Positions 24,074 to 38,147 of a stretch of 64,000 nucleotides of DNA are shown in pieces. Position numbers and translations under genes: made by a program. Each line of letters starts with the position of its first letter. The stretch's first letter is position 1. The DNA is taken from positions 28,782,262 through 28,846,261 of the forward strand of contig NC_090413.1 of the NCBI RefSeq assembly GCF_036365525.1, given 5' to 3'. The DNA is from Heterodontus francisci. Taxonomy: Eukaryota. The notes below the pieces were generated by a model. That model saw nothing but the letters and a program-made list of their open reading frames with translations, made no database searches and was not told the origin of the DNA.

Positions 24074-26184
24074 AACTAACTGGAGGAGGTGGCTCCACAA
24101 ATATCCCCATCCTCAATGATGGGGGAGCCCAGCACATCAGTGCGAAAGATAAGGCTGAAGCATTTGCAACAATCTTCAGCCAGAAGTGCCGAGTTGATGA
24201 TCCATCTCGGCCTCCTCCTGAAGTCCCCAGCATCACAGATGCCAGACTTCAGCCAATTTGATTCACTCCGCGAGATATCAAGAAACGACTGAAGGCACTG
24301 GATACTGCAAAAGCTATGGGCCCTGACAATATTCTGGCAATAGTACTGAAGACCTGTGCTCCAGAACTTGCGGCGCCCCTGGCCAAGCTGTTCCAGTACA
24401 GCTACAACACTGGCACCTACCCTGCAATATGGAAAATTGCCCAGGTATGTCCTGTACACAAAAAGCAGGACAAGTCCAACCCAGCCAATTACCGCCCCAA
24501 CAGCCTGCTCTCAATCATCAGTAAAGTGATGGAAGGTGTCATCAACAGTGCCATCAAGCGGCACTTGCTTCGCAATAACCTGCTCAGTGACACTCAGTTT
24601 GGGTTCCGCCAGGGCCACTCAGCTCCTGACTTCATTACAGCCTTGGTTCAAACATGGACAAAAGAGCTGAACTCAAGAAGTGAGGTGAGAGTGACTGCCC
24701 TTGACATCAAGGCAGCATTTGACCGAGTATGGCATCAAGGAGCCCTAGCAAAACTGAGGTCAATGGGAATCAGGGGGAAAACCGTCCGCTTGCTGGAGTC
24801 ATACCTAGCGCAAAGGAAGATGGTTGTGGTTGTTGGAGATCAATCATCTGAGCTCCAGGACATCACTGCAGGAGTTTCTCAGGGTAGTGTCCTAGGCCCA
24901 ATCATCTTCAGCTGCTTCATCAATGACCTTCCTTCAATCATAAGGTCAGAAGTGGGGATGTTCGCTGATGATTGCACAATGTTCAGCACCATTCGTGACT
25001 CCTCAGATACTGAAGCAGTCCGTGTAGAAATGCAGCAAGACCTGGACCATATCCAGGCTTGGGCTGATAAGTGGCAAGTAACATTCGCACCACACAAGTG
25101 CCAGGCAATGACCATCTCCAACAAGAGAGAATCTAACCATCTCCCCTTGACATTCAACGGCATTACCATTGCTGAATCTCCCACTATCAACATCCTAGGG
25201 GCTACGATTGACCAGAAACTGAACTGGAGTAGCCATAGAAATACCATGGCTACAAGAGCAGGTCAGAGGCTAGGAATCCTGAGGCGAGTAACTCACCACC
25301 TGACTTCCCAAAGCCTGTCCACCATCTACAAGGCACAAGTCAGGAGTGTGATGGAATACTCTCCACTTGCCTGGATGGGTGCAACTCCAATAACACTCAA
25401 GAAGCTCGACACCATCCAGGACAAAGCAGCCCACTTGATTGGCACCCCATCTACAAACATTCACTCCCTCCACAACCGACACACAGTGGCAGCAGTGTGT
25501 ACCATCTACAAGATGCACTGCAGCAATGCACCAAGGCTCCTTAGACAGCACCTTCCAAACCCGCGACCTCTACCAACTAGAAGGACAAGGGCAGCAAATA
25601 CATGGGAACACCACCACCTGCAAGTTCCCTTCCAAGTCAAACACCATCCTGACTTGGAACTATATCACCGTTCCTTCACTGCCGCTGGGTCAAAATCCTG
25701 GAACTCCCTTCCTAACAGCACTGTGGGTATACCTACCCCAAATGGACTGCAGTGGTTCAAGAAGGCAGCTCACCAGCACCTTCTCAAGGGCAATTAGGGA
25801 TGGGCAATAAATGCTGGCCTGGCCAGTGACGCCTACATCCCATGAGTAAATGAAAAAAAAATGCTGCACCCCCTCTTTTTTATCCCCCTCTCTATCCTAC
25901 CTGAAAACTCTTTATCCAGGGATGTTGAGCTGCCATTTTTGCCCCTCTTTAAGCCAAGACTTTCATACCTCATTAAACGATGGCTCTATTAGTGGTAGGA
26001 GTAGAATTTCAGCACAATCTAATTCGTTTTCTGTAACTCAGTTATGCTGGGCACTGAACCCTGGATATGTGTTCATGTAATCCCATGCCCTGAATCCAGG
26101 TAACCAGAGTTATCATCTAAAGCAGAGCTTTAAAAAGCGTGCCAAGAACCTGGATACGAGAGAGAGAGAGAGAGAGAGAACGAG

Positions 26185-27360
26185 AATGAGTTCAATCAGG
26201 GCAAATGCGAGGTGATGCATTTTGGAAGATCCAATTCAAGAGTGAACTATACAGTAAATGGAAAAGTCCTGGGGAAAATTGATGTACAGAGAGATTTGGG
26301 TGTTCAGGTCCATTAGATTAGATTAGATTAGAGATACAGCACTGAAACAGGCCCTTCGGCCCACCGGGTCTGTGCCGACCATCAACCACCCATTTATACT
26401 AATCCTGCACTAATCCCATATTCCTACCACATCCCCACCTGTCCCTATATTTCCCCACCACCTACCTATACTAGTGACAATTTATAATGGCCAATTTACC
26501 TATCAACCTGCAAGTCTTTTGGCTTGTGGGAGGAAACCGGAGCACCCGGAGGAAACCCACGCAGACACAGGGAGAACTTGCAAACTCCACACAGGCAGTA
26601 CCCAGAATCGAACCCGGGTCCCTGGAGCTGTGAGGCTGCAGTGCTAACCACTGCGCCACTGTGCCGCCCTCATTGTTCCCTGAAGGTGGCAACGCAGGTC
26701 AATAGAGTGGTCAAGAAGGCATACGGCATGCTTTCCTTCATCGGACGTGGTATTGAGTACAAGAGTTGGCAGGTCATGTTACAGTTGTATAAGACTTTGG
26801 TTCAGCCACATTTGGAATACTGCGTGCAGTTCTGGTCGCCACATTACCAAAAGGATGTGGATGCTTTGGAGAGGGTGCAGAGGAGGTTCACCAGGATGTT
26901 GCCTGGTATGGAGGGCGCTAGCTATGAAGAGAGGTTGAGTAGATTAGGATTATTTTCATTAGAAAGACGGAGGTTGAGGGGGGACCTGATTGAGGTGTAC
27001 AAAATCATGAGAGGTATAGACAGGGTGGATAGCAAGAAGCTTTTTCCCAGAGTGGGGGATTCAATTACTAGGGGTCACGAGTTCAAAGTGAAAAGGGAAA
27101 AGTTTAGGGGGGATATGCGTGGAAAGGTCTTTACGCAGAGGGTGGTGGGTGCCTGGAACGCGTTGCCAGCGGAGGTGGTAGACGCGGGCACGATAGCGTC
27201 TTTTAAGATGTATCTAGACAGATACATGAATGGGCAGGAAGTAAAGAGATACAGACCCTTAGAAAATAGGCGTCATGTTTAGATAGAGGATCTGGATCGG
27301 CACAGGCTTGGAGGGCCGAAGGGCCTGTTCCTGTGCTGTAATTTTCTTTGTTCTTTGTTT
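26185..27360 (+). mobile_element. CR1 3' fragment, near-identical to ~29737-30553
   Basis: LVQPHLEYCVQFWSP...RPLENRR; (TTCTTTG)n tail. Confidence 0.9.
26315..26670 (-). mobile_element. HE1/V-SINE-like SINE nested in CR1
   Basis: Same family as 7113-7467; (CTAAT)n tail; short TSD catt. Confidence 0.9.
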
Positions 27361-27415
27361 GAAAGAAAACACAGCGGGAGCAGAGCTATAAAAAGCGTGC
27401 CAAGAAGTCGGAGAC

Positions 27416-30400
27416 TAGGTAGTGGACAGGGGAATGTCTATTGATGTTATTTATATGGACTTCCAGAAGGCATTTGATAAAGTCCCACTTAAGAGACTGT
27501 TAACTAAGGTAGAAGCCCATGGAGTTGAGGGCAAATTATTGACATGGTTAGCAAGTTGGTTGAATGGTAGGCGACAGAGAGTGGGGATAATGGGTAAGTA
27601 CTCCGATTGTCAGGATGTAAATAGTGGTGTCCCACTAGTGGGGCCTCAATTATTCACATTATTCATTAACGACTTGGATGATGGCATAGTAAGTCATATA
27701 TCCAAATTTGCTGATGATACAAAGTTAGGCGGCATTGTAGACAGTCTAGATGATAGCATAAAATTGCAAAGAGATATTGACAGGTGAGTGGGCAGAACTG
27801 TGGCAGATGGATTTCAATGCTGGCAAGTGTGAGATTATCCATTTTGGACCAAAAAGGATAGAGCAGGGTACTTTCTAAATGGGAAGAGGTTAAGTACAAT
27901 GGATGTCCAAAGAGTCTTGGAGGTTCAGGTGCATAGATCTTTAAAATGCCACGAGCAAATGCAGAAAATAATCAAAAAGGCGAATGGAATGCTAGCCTTT
28001 ATATCTAGAGGATTGGAGTATAAAGACACAGAGGTTATGCTGCAGCTGTACAAAATCCTGGTTAGACCCCACTTGGAGTACTGTGAGCAGTTCTGGGCTC
28101 TGCACCTTAGGAAAGATATACCGGCCTTGGAGGGAGTGCAACGTAGGTTTACAAGAATGATACCTGGACTACAGGGGTTAAGCTACGAGTCCAACTCAGG
28201 AAGGGGCCATACTGGACCTGGTGTTGGGGAATGAGCCCGGCCAGGTGGTTGATGTTTCAGTAGGGGACTACTTTGGGAATAGTGATCACAATTCCGTAAG
28301 TTTTAGAATACTCATGGACAAAGACGAGAGTGGTCCTAAAGGAAGAGTGCTAAATTGGGGGAAGGCCAACTATACCAAAATTCGGCAGGAGCTGGGGAAT
28401 GTAGATTGGGAGCAGCTGTTTGAAGATAAATCCACATTTGATATGTGGGAGGCTTTTAAAGAGAGGTTGATTAGCGTGCAGGAGAGACATGTTCCTGTGA
28501 AAATGAGGGATAGAAATGGCAAGATTAGGGAACCATGGATGACAGGTGAAATTGTGAAACTAGCTAAGAGGAAAAAGGAAGCAAACATAAGGTCTAGGCG
28601 GCTGCAGAAAGACGAAGCTTTGGAAGAATATCAGGAATGTAGGACCAATCTGAAACGAGGAATTAAGAGGGCTAAAAGGGGTCATGAAATATCTTTAGCA
28701 AACAGGGTTAAGGAAAATCCCAAAGCCTTTTATTCATATATAAGGAGCAAGAGGGTAACTAGAGAAAGGATTGGCCCACTCAAGGACAAAGGAGGAAAGT
28801 TATGCGTGGAGTCAGAGAAAATGGGTGAGATTCTAAACGAGTACTTTGCATCGGTATTCACCGAGGAGAGGGACATGACGGATGTTGAGGTTAGGGATAG
28901 ATGTTTGATTACTCTAGGTCAAGTCGGCATAAGGAGGGAGGAAGTGTTGGGTATTCTAAAAGGCATTAAGGTTGACAAGTCCCCAGGTCCGGATGGATGG
29001 GATCTATCCCAGGTTACTGAGGGAAGCGAGAGAGGAAATAGCTGGGGCCTTAACAGATATCTTTGCAGCATCCTTAAACACGGGTGAGGTCCCGGAGGAC
29101 TGGAGAATTGCTAATGTTGTCCCCTTGTTTAAGAAGGGTAGCAGGGAAAATCCAGGTAATTATAGACCGGTGAGCCTGACGTCAGTGGTAGGGAAGCTGC
29201 TGGAGAAGATACTGAGGGATAGGATCTATTCCCATTTGGAAGAAAATGGACTTATCAGTGATAGGCAACATGGTTTTGTGCAGGGAAGGTCATGTCTTAC
29301 CAACTTAATAGAATTCTTTGAGGAAGTGACAAAGTTGATTGATGAGGGAAGGGCTGTAGATGTCATATACATGGACTTCAGTAAGGCGTTTGATAAGGTT
29401 CCCCACGGTAGGTTGATGGAGAAAGTGAAGTCGCATGGGGTCCAGGGTGTACTAGCTAGATGGATAAAGAACTGGCTGGGCAACAGGAGACAGAGAGTAG
29501 CAGTGGAAGGGAGTTTCTCAAAATGGAGACGTGTGACCAGTGGTGTTCCACAGGGATCCGTGCTGGGACCACTGTTGTTTGTGATATACATAAATGATTT
29601 GGAGGAAAGTATAGGTGGTCTGATTAGCAAGTTTGCAGACGACACTAAGATTGGTGGAGTAGCAGATAGTGAAGGGGACTGTCAGAGAATACAGCAGAAT
29701 ATAGATAGATTTGAGAGTTGGGCAGAGAAATGGCAGATGGAGTTCAATCCGGGCAAATGCGAGGTGATGCATTTTGGAAGATCCAATTCAAGAGTGAACT
29801 ATACAATAAATGGAAAAGTCCTGGGGAAAATTGATGTACAGAGAGATTTGGGTGTTCAGGTCCAATGTTCCCTGAAGGTGGCAACGCAGGTCAATAGAGT
29901 GGTCAAGAAGGCATACGGCATGCTTTCCTTCATCGGACGTGGTATTGAGTACAAGAGTTGGCAGGTCATGTTACAGTTGTATAAGACTTTGGTTCAGCCA
30001 CATTTGGAATACTGCGTGCAGTTCTGGTCGCCACATTACCAAAAGGATGTAGATGCTTTGGAGAGGGTGCAGAGGAGGTTCACCAGGATGTTGCCTGGTA
30101 TGGAGGGCGCTAGCTATGAAGAGAGGTTGAGTAGATTAGGATTATTTTCATTAGAAAGACGGAGGTTGAGGGGGGACCTGATTGAGGTGTACAACATCAT
30201 GAGAGGTATAGACAGGGTGGATAGCAAGAAGCTTTTTCCCAGAGTGGGGGATTCAATTACTAGGGGTCACGAGATCAAAGTGAGAGGGGAAAATTTTCGG
30301 GGGGATATGCGTGGAAAGTTCTTTACGCAGAGGGTGGTGGGTGCTTGGAACATGTTGCCAGCGGAGGTGGCAGACGCAGGCACGATAGCGTCTTTTAAGA

Positions 30401-30989
30401 TGTATCTCGACAGATACATGAATGGGCAGGAAGCAAAAAAATACAGACCCTTAGAAAATAGGCGACAGGTTTAGATGGAGGATCTGGATCGGCGCAGACT
30501 TGGAGGGCCGAAGGGACTGCTCCTGTGCTGTAATTTTCTTTGTTCTTTGTTCTTTGAGAGATTACACAAATTAGGCCTGTTTTTGCTAGAATTTGGAAGG
30601 TTAAGGGGTGATCTGATCGAAGTCTTCAAGATATTAACAGGAAAAGACAGGCTAGATAAAGATAAACTATTTCCACTGGTTGGAAATTCTAACACTAGGG
30701 GGCATAATCTAATAATTAGGACCAGACCATTCAGGAGAGATGTTAGGAAGCACTTCTTCATGCAAAGGGTGGTAGAGGTTTGGAACTCTCTCCCACAAAC
30801 AGCAGTTGAAGCTAGAACAGTTATTAATTTTAAAACTGAGATAGATAGATTTTTGTTAAGCAAAGATATTAAGGGATATGGGCCAAAGGCAGGTCTATGG
30901 AGCTAGGCTGCGGATCAGCCATGATCTCATTGAATGGCGGGACAGGCTTGAGGGGCTGAATGGTCTACTCCTGTTCCTATGTTCCTATG
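27416..30989 (+). mobile_element. CR1 RT/3' fragment split by a younger CR1
   Basis: ...GLQGLSYE at 28189 resumes as ERLHKLGLF at 30556. Confidence 0.85.
28190..30555 (+). mobile_element. Young 5'-truncated CR1 with near-intact ORF2
   Basis: ORFs 28221-29087 and 28972-30474 are joined by one 4-bp duplication frameshift (ggatggatggg ~28991). Confidence 0.93.
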
Positions 30990-31052
30990 AGAGAGAGAGA
31001 AAAACACAGCGGCAGCAGAGCTTTAAAAAGCGTGCCAAGAACTCGGAGACTG

Positions 31053-31083
<31 letters not shown>

Positions 31084-34000
31084 CACAGCGGGAGCAGAGC
31101 CAGGGGGAAAGAAAAAATCAAAAAGTGACATCAGAGTAACGTCACATTCAACAGTGAGAGCAGGGAAACAGAAAGCAGCTGGGATCAGTATTCAGGCAAG
31201 CTTTTAATTTAATTGAAATCAAATATAGAGTAAGACTTGAATGATTTATTCGTATATAAACTAAATACTAAAGTGGATTAAAAAACGAAAGACTGGTCAG
31301 AAATTTAAAAAAACAAATTAAAATCTAATTAAATAAAATAGAGATGCAGGGCCAGACAATGTGTTGTACCTGCATGATATGGGAGTTGGTGGACCCCATT
31401 GTGTTTCCTAGTGACCACATCTGTAGCAAGTGTTGGTTGCTCGAGGAACTCCGACTCAGATTTGATGAGCCGGAGTTTGTGCTTCAGACACTGTGACACA
31501 TCAGGGAGGGGGAGAGTTACCTGGAGACTGTGTTTCTGGAGACAGTCACACCTCTTAGATTAACTACCTTGAATTCGGCCAGTGGTCAGGGATAGGAGGG
31601 TGTGACTATGAGTGAGGCAGGTAGAGGGATCCAGGAGATAGTGTTGCAGGAGCCTCAGCTCTTGTCCAACAGGTACAAGATTCTTGCCTCCTGTGTGGAC
31701 GAGAGCAGGGACTGTAGGGAGGATGAGCAAACTGACCAGAGCACCGTGGTACAGGGAGCCATTCAAGTGGGGGGAGAAAAGAGAAATGTAGTTGTAATCG
31801 GGGTTAGTATAGTTAGGGGCATAGACACTGTTCTCTGTGGCCAAAATCGAGAGTTCCGAAGGCTGTGTTGCCTACCTGGTGCCAGGGTTCAGGATGTGTC
31901 ATCTGGGCTGCAGAGGAACTTGGAGTGGGAGGGGAAAGATCCAGTTGTTGTGGTCCACATATGTACCAATGATATAGGTAGAACGAGGATAGAGGTCCTG
32001 CTGAGGGAATATGAGTAGCTCGGGGTTAAATTAAAAAGCAGAACCAAAAAGGTAATAATCTCCGGATTACTACCCGAGCCACGAGTTAATTGGAACAGGT
32101 AAATGCGTGGCTCAAAGATTGGTGTGGGAGAAATGGGTACGAATTCATGGGACATTGGCACCAGTACTGGGGAAGGAGGGAGCTGTTCTGATGGGACAGG
32201 CTCCACCTGAATCATGCTGGGACCAGTCCTGGCGAATCGCATAACTAGGGCTGTAGATAGGGCTTTAAACTAAATAGTAGTGGGGGGGGAGGGTTCAATT
32301 GCATGGAAAATTAGGAAGTCAAAGTTAAAGAAGAAGGTAGGAGTGCAGGTTAGTGATGAGGCTGATTGTTACCAGAAAATAAAAGGAAGGGACAGAACGT
32401 GTGAACGTCATATTGCACCAAGGAATTGTACAAGAATAGGGAAATTTGATAATACAACAAAGTTAAAGGCTTTGTAGCTGAATGCACGAAGCTTTCGGAA
32501 TAAATCAGTTAACAGTGCAAAGAGAGATGATTGGCTATGACATAGTGGCGATTACTGAGAGGTGGTTGCAGAGAAAGCAGGTTTGGGAATCGAATATCCA
32601 AGGGTACTCAGAATTTCGGAAGGATAGGCAGGAAGGAAAAGGAGGATGGTGTAGCTTTGTTAGTAAAGGAAGAGATCAGTGCTGTAGTGAGAAATGATAC
32701 AGGCACTGGAGATCAAGACGTAGAATCAGTCTGGGTAGAAATAAGAAATAGCAAAGGAAAGAGGTCCCTAGTGGGAGTAATCTATAGGTCCCCAAACAGT
32801 AGTTCTGCAGTCGGGCACAGTATAAACCAGGAAATACTGGGGGCTTATAAGAAAGGTACGGCAATAATCATGGGTGATTTTAATATGTATATAGACTGGA
32901 TTAATCAAATTGGCAAGGGTGGCCTTGAGGGAGAGTTCATTGAATGTATTAGAGATGGTTGGAGCAATATGTTGTGGAACCAACCAGGGAGCAGACGATT
33001 CTAGATTTGGTATTGTGTAATGAGGTGGGATTAATTACTGATCTCATAGTTAAGGATCCTTTACGGACGAGTGATCATAGCATGCTAGAATTTCAAATTC
33101 AGTTTGAGGGCGAGAAACTGGAGTCCCACATTAGCGTTATGGAGTAAAACAAAGGTAATTACATAGGCATGAGGACAGATTTGGGCCTTGTGGACTGGGC
33201 AGAAAAACTAAAAGGTAGGACAGTTGATGAGCAGTGGCAGATGTTTAAGGAGATATTCAATTCCTCCCAACTAAAATATATCCAGAGAGGAAGAAAGATT
33301 GTAAGAGAGGGAAAAAACATCCATGGCTAAGCAAGGAAGTTTAGGATAACATAAAGACAAAAACAAAGGCCTACCATATTGCAAAGGCCAGTGGCAGGCT
33401 GGAAGATTGGGAAACTTTTAAAGATCAACAAAGGGTTACTAAAAACGTAATAAAAAGAGCAAAGGTAAATTATGAAAGAAAACTCGTGCAAAATATAAAA
33501 ACGGATAGCAAAAGCTTCCATAAGTATATAAAAGGGAAGAGAGTAGCTAAAGTGAATGTTGGTCACTTGGAGGATGAGACTGGGGAGTTAATAGAGGGGA
33601 ACACAGAATTGGCGGAGACACTAAATCAGTATTTCATGGTGGAGGACACTAGTACCATCCCAATAGTAACAGGTAATGCAGAGGTTATAGAAAAGGAGGA
33701 ACTTAGAAAAATCATCATCACTAGGGAAAAAGCACTGAGCAAACTATTGGGATTGAAGGCAGACAAGTCCCAAGGGCCTGATGGCCTACATCCTAGGGTC
33801 TTAAAAGAAGTGGCAGAGATAGTGGATCCATTGGGTATAATATTCCAAAATTCCCTGGATGCGGGAAAGGTTCCAGTGGATTGGAAAAATGCTAATATAA
33901 TGCCCTTATTCAAAAAGGGAAGGAGGCAGAAAGTAGGAAACTATGGACCAGTTAGTTTAACATCTGTTGTTGAGAAATTGTTAGAATCCATTATTAAGGA

Positions 34001-35451
34001 AGTAATAACAGGACATTTAGAAAGTCAAAATGCAATCCATCAGAGTCAGCATGGTTTTATGAAGGGTAAATCATGTTTGACTAATTTGCTAGAGTTCTTC
34101 GAAGCTGTAACAAGCAAAGTGGATAATGGGGATCCTGTAGATGTAGTATATCTGGACTTCCAGAAGGCATTTGATAAGGTGCCACACAAAAGGTTAATAC
34201 ACAAGGTAAGATCACATGGGGTTAGGGGCAATTTATTAGCTTGGATAGAGGATTGGCTAACCAACAGAAAACAGAGAGTCGGGATAAATGGGTCTTTTTC
34301 TGGTTGTCAAGATGTAACTAGTGGAGTGCCACAGGCTTCGGTCCTCGGGCCCCAACTATTTACAATCTATATTAATGACTTGGATGCAGTGACAGAAGGT
34401 ACTATAGCCGAATTTGCAGATGACACTAAAATAGGTGGGATAGTAAGTTGCAATAAAGAAATAAGTAATTTACAAATGAATATAGAGAGTTTGGTGAATG
34501 GGCAAAAATTTGGCAGATGGAGTTTAACGTGGATAAGTGTGAAGTTATCCATTTTGGTCGGAAGAATAGAAAGGCAAATTATTATCTAAATGGAGAGAAA
34601 CTTCAGTGTGCTTCAGTGCAGAGGGATCTGTGTGTCCTCGTGCATGAATAGCAGAAAACTAGTATGCAGGTACAGCAGGTAATAAGGAAGGCAAATGGAA
34701 CTTTGGGATTTATTGCTGAAGGAATAGAATATAAAAGTAAGGAAGTGCTGCTGCAACTGTACAAGGCATTAGTGAGACCGCACCTGGAGTATTGCGTACA
34801 GCTTTGGTCCCCTTACTTGAGGAGGGATGTAGTTGCATTGGAGGCAGTTCAGAGGAGGTTCACTAGATTGATTCCAGAAATGAGGGGTTTGTTTTATGAA
34901 GCGAGATTGAGCAGTTTAGGCCTTTACTCTCTAGAGTTTAGAAGAATGAGAGGAGATCTAATTGAGGTATATAAGATGATTAAGGGGATTGACGAAGTAG
35001 ATGCAGAGAGGATGTTTCCTCTTGTGGGGAAATCTAGAATGAGAGGTCATAGTTTTAGGATAAAGGGTAGCAGATTTAAAACAGAGATGAGGAGAAATTA
35101 CTTCTCTCAAAGGGTCGTGAGTCTGTGGAATTCACTACCCCAGTGTGTGGTGGATGCCGGGACTTTGAGTAAATTTAAGGAAGAGATAGACAGATTTTTA
35201 ACTAATAATGGGTTGAAGGGCTATGGACAACGGGCAGGAAAGTGGAGTTGAGACCAAGATGAGATCAGCCATGATCATATTGAATGGCGGAGCAGACTCG
35301 AGGGGCTGAATTGCCTACTCCTGCTCCTAGTTTTTATGTAAGTCTGAGAGCTTCAAATCAGCAACACATTTGACAATTACTTCCAGCAATGTGAAAGGAC
35401 CTATCTAGGGCTGCTTGTGGCAAACCAGCCATCTTAATGTTCAAGATGCAC

Positions 35452-36885
35452 AAATACGAACATACGAATTAGGAGCAGGAGTAGGCCACTCGGCCCTTCG
35501 AGCCCGCTCCACCATTCAATAAGTTCATGGCTGAACTGATTACTCCACATTTCCACCTACCTTCCACCCCCTTGCTTATCAAGAATCTATCTACCTCTGT
35601 CTTAAAAATATTCAAAGACTCTGCTTCCACCGCCTTTTGAGGAAGAGAATTCCAAAGACTCACGACCCTCAGAGAAAAATATTCTCCTCATCTCTGTCTT
35701 AAATGGGCGACCCCTTATTTTTAAACAGTGACCCCTAGTTCTACATTCTCCCACAAGGGGAAACATCTTTTCCACATTCACCCTGTCAAGACCCCTCAGG
35801 ATCTTAAATGTTTCAATCAAGTCGCCTCTTACTCTTCTAAATTCCACTGGATACATGTCTAGCCTGTCCAATCTTTCCTTGCAAGACAGCCCACCCATTC
35901 CAGGTATTAGTCTAGTAAACCTTCTCTGTAATGTTTCCAACGCATTTACATCCTTCCTTAAATAAGGAGACCATAATTGTACACAGTACTCCAGATGTGG
36001 TCTCACCAATGCCCTTTATAGCTGAAGCATAATCTCCCTACGTTTGTATTCAATTCCCCTCGCAATAAATGATAACATCCTATTAACATTCTGAATTACT
36101 TGCTGAACCTGCATACTAACCTTTTGCGAGCCATGCACTAGAACACCCAGATTCCTCTGCATCTCAGAGCTCTGCAATCTCTCACCATTTAGATTATATC
36201 CTTTTTTATTCTTGCTGCCAAAGTGGACAGTTTCACACTTCCCACATGATACTCCATTTGCCAGCTCTTTGCCCATTCACTCAACCTATCTATATCTCTT
36301 TGAAGCCCCCTTATGTCCTCTTCACAAGTTACTTTCCTACCTATCTTTGTGTCATCAGCAATTTAGCATCCATACCTTCAGTCCCTTCATCTAAGCCATT
36401 TATATAAATTGTAAAACGTTAAGGCTCCAGAACAGATCCCTGTGGCACAGCACTTGTTACATCTTGCCAACCAGAAAATGGCCCATTTATGCCTACTCTC
36501 TGTTTCCTGTTAGCTATCCAATCTTCTATCCATGCCAATATGTTACCCCCTACACCATGAGCTTTTATTTTCTGCAATAACCTTTGATGTGACACCTTAT
36601 CAAATGCCTTCTGGAAATCTACGTACAATACGTCCACCGGTTCCCCTTTATCCACAGCACTTGTAACTCCCTCAAAGAACTCCAATAAATTGGTTAAACA
36701 TGATTTCCCTTTCACAAAACCATGTTGCTCTGCCTGATTACCTTGAATTTTTCTAAGTGCCCTGCTATAACGTCTTTAATAATAGCTTCCAACATTTTCC
36801 CTAAGACAGATGTGAAGCTAACTGGCCTGTAATTTCCTGATTTCTGTCTCCCTCCCTTTTTGAATAAAGGAGTTACATTTGCTAT
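35452..36885 (-). mobile_element. Decayed CR1 RT/3' fragment
   Basis: SGNYRPVS, KSCLTNLLEFFE, VRPHLEYCVQLWSP motifs; tandem tail at ~35452. Confidence 0.9.
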
Positions 36886-37711
36886 ACAAATCCAGCACCA
36901 CATACCAGGCATACATCTTCTAAACTCCTTAATCAAGATCCTTATATAGAGAGCTTCTGCAAAGAGTCTGGTGTACAATGAGGCTACTCCTGCTCCCGGA
37001 TACCCAGGATAGGTTTGTGTTGGCTAGAGTCCTCTCTACCTATTAGCATTCCCACTTTTTGCAGAAATCCGCTGCCCTGTTTGATTTTGGATCCAGAGGA
37101 GGAGCTTGTGCTGCTTGCTTAAAAGTCTTAAACCATGAAATGGAACTGTGTAAATACATCTTCGACAGCACAAACTTCACTTGTATTCAGACATTGCAAT
37201 CACTGAATAGAAGAGAAAGTGCAGATTGCCCTGCACTCAGTGTTAGTGCAGTCCTAAAGGATTGAAGTTGACACCCAACAGGACTTCCAGATATGGATAT
37301 AAATCAATAAGTGGGAGAATACAGTTTGTAAACAACAATTTGCATTTATATAGTGCCTTTAACATAGTAAAACATCCCTAGGTCCTTTACAGAAGCGTTA
37401 TCAAACAAATTTGACACCAAGCTACATAAGAAGATATGAGGACAGATGACCGTAAAGAAAAAAAGACTTGCATTTATATAGTGCCCTACATGACCATGTC
37501 TCAAAGCGTTTTTCAGCCAACAAAGTACCTTTAGAAGTGTAGTCACTATTGTAATGCAGGAAATGCAGCAGCCAGTATGGGCACAGAAAACTCTCACAAA
37601 CAGCAATGTGATAGTGACCAGATAATCTGTTTTTGTGATGTTGATTGAGGGATAAATATTGGCCAGGACACCGGGGAGAACTGCCCTGCTCTTCTTCAAA
37701 GTAGTGCCATG

Positions 37712-37900
37712 TAGAGGCCTGCTACCTGACCCAAACCCGAATGGACCTGATGACACGCGTCGGGTTCGGGTCGGGTTGGGCCCATCTTCCAGGGCCGGCT
37801 TTCGGGCTCGGGTCAGGTTGGGCCAAGTCCAGATCGAGTCGGGTTGGATCGGACCGGACACACACGGTAAGTGCTCTGCTGGTATGAAAGCAGGCTTCTA
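37712..37900. mobile_element. hAT-type MITE
   Basis: TIRs tagaggcctgct / agcaggcttcta, 8-bp TSD gtgccatg / gtgccatt, internal (TCGGG/ACCCG) repeats. Confidence 0.85.
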
Positions 37901-38147
37901 GTGCCATTAGATCTTTTACATTCACCTGACCAAGTAGATGAGGCCTCGGTTTAACGTCTCATCAGAAGGCTTGGACAAAGAAGTCGGTTTTAAGGAGCAT
38001 CTTAAAAGGAGCGATTCCAGATATTAGGGACAGGAAGCTGAAGGCATGGTCGCCAATGGCGGAGCGATTAAAAGCGCAAGAGGTCAGAATTGAAGGAGCT
38101 CAGAGATATTGAAAGGTTGTTGGGCCGGAGGAGGCTACAGAAATAGA

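Larger units (their letters stand above)
21686..25860 (+). mobile_element. 5'-truncated CR1-group LINE with an open RT domain, interrupted by Penelope
   Basis: GNFNVHH, PTRGKNILDLVL, SDH; 493-aa ORF 24316-25797 with ALDIKAAFDRVWH, QGSVLGP, MFADDC; AATAAA and A-rich tail. Confidence 0.92.
26120..35340 (+). mobile_element. Full-length decayed CR1 (5' repeat monomers, ORF1 ~31344-32273, ORF2 ~32480-35251) hosting nested inserts
   Basis: ORF1 zinc finger (CCTC...HICSKC) plus SGNH-esterase-like motifs (VVIGVSIVRG, CLPGARV, VVVHICTND); ORF2 EN and RT motifs with stops and frameshifts; CR1 3' UTR. Confidence 0.85.

Noticed and set aside
24316-30474. 493-aa and 500-aa reverse transcriptase ORFs as host or domesticated genes
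   Set aside because: They are parts of 5'-truncated LINE copies with LINE tails and upstream disablements.
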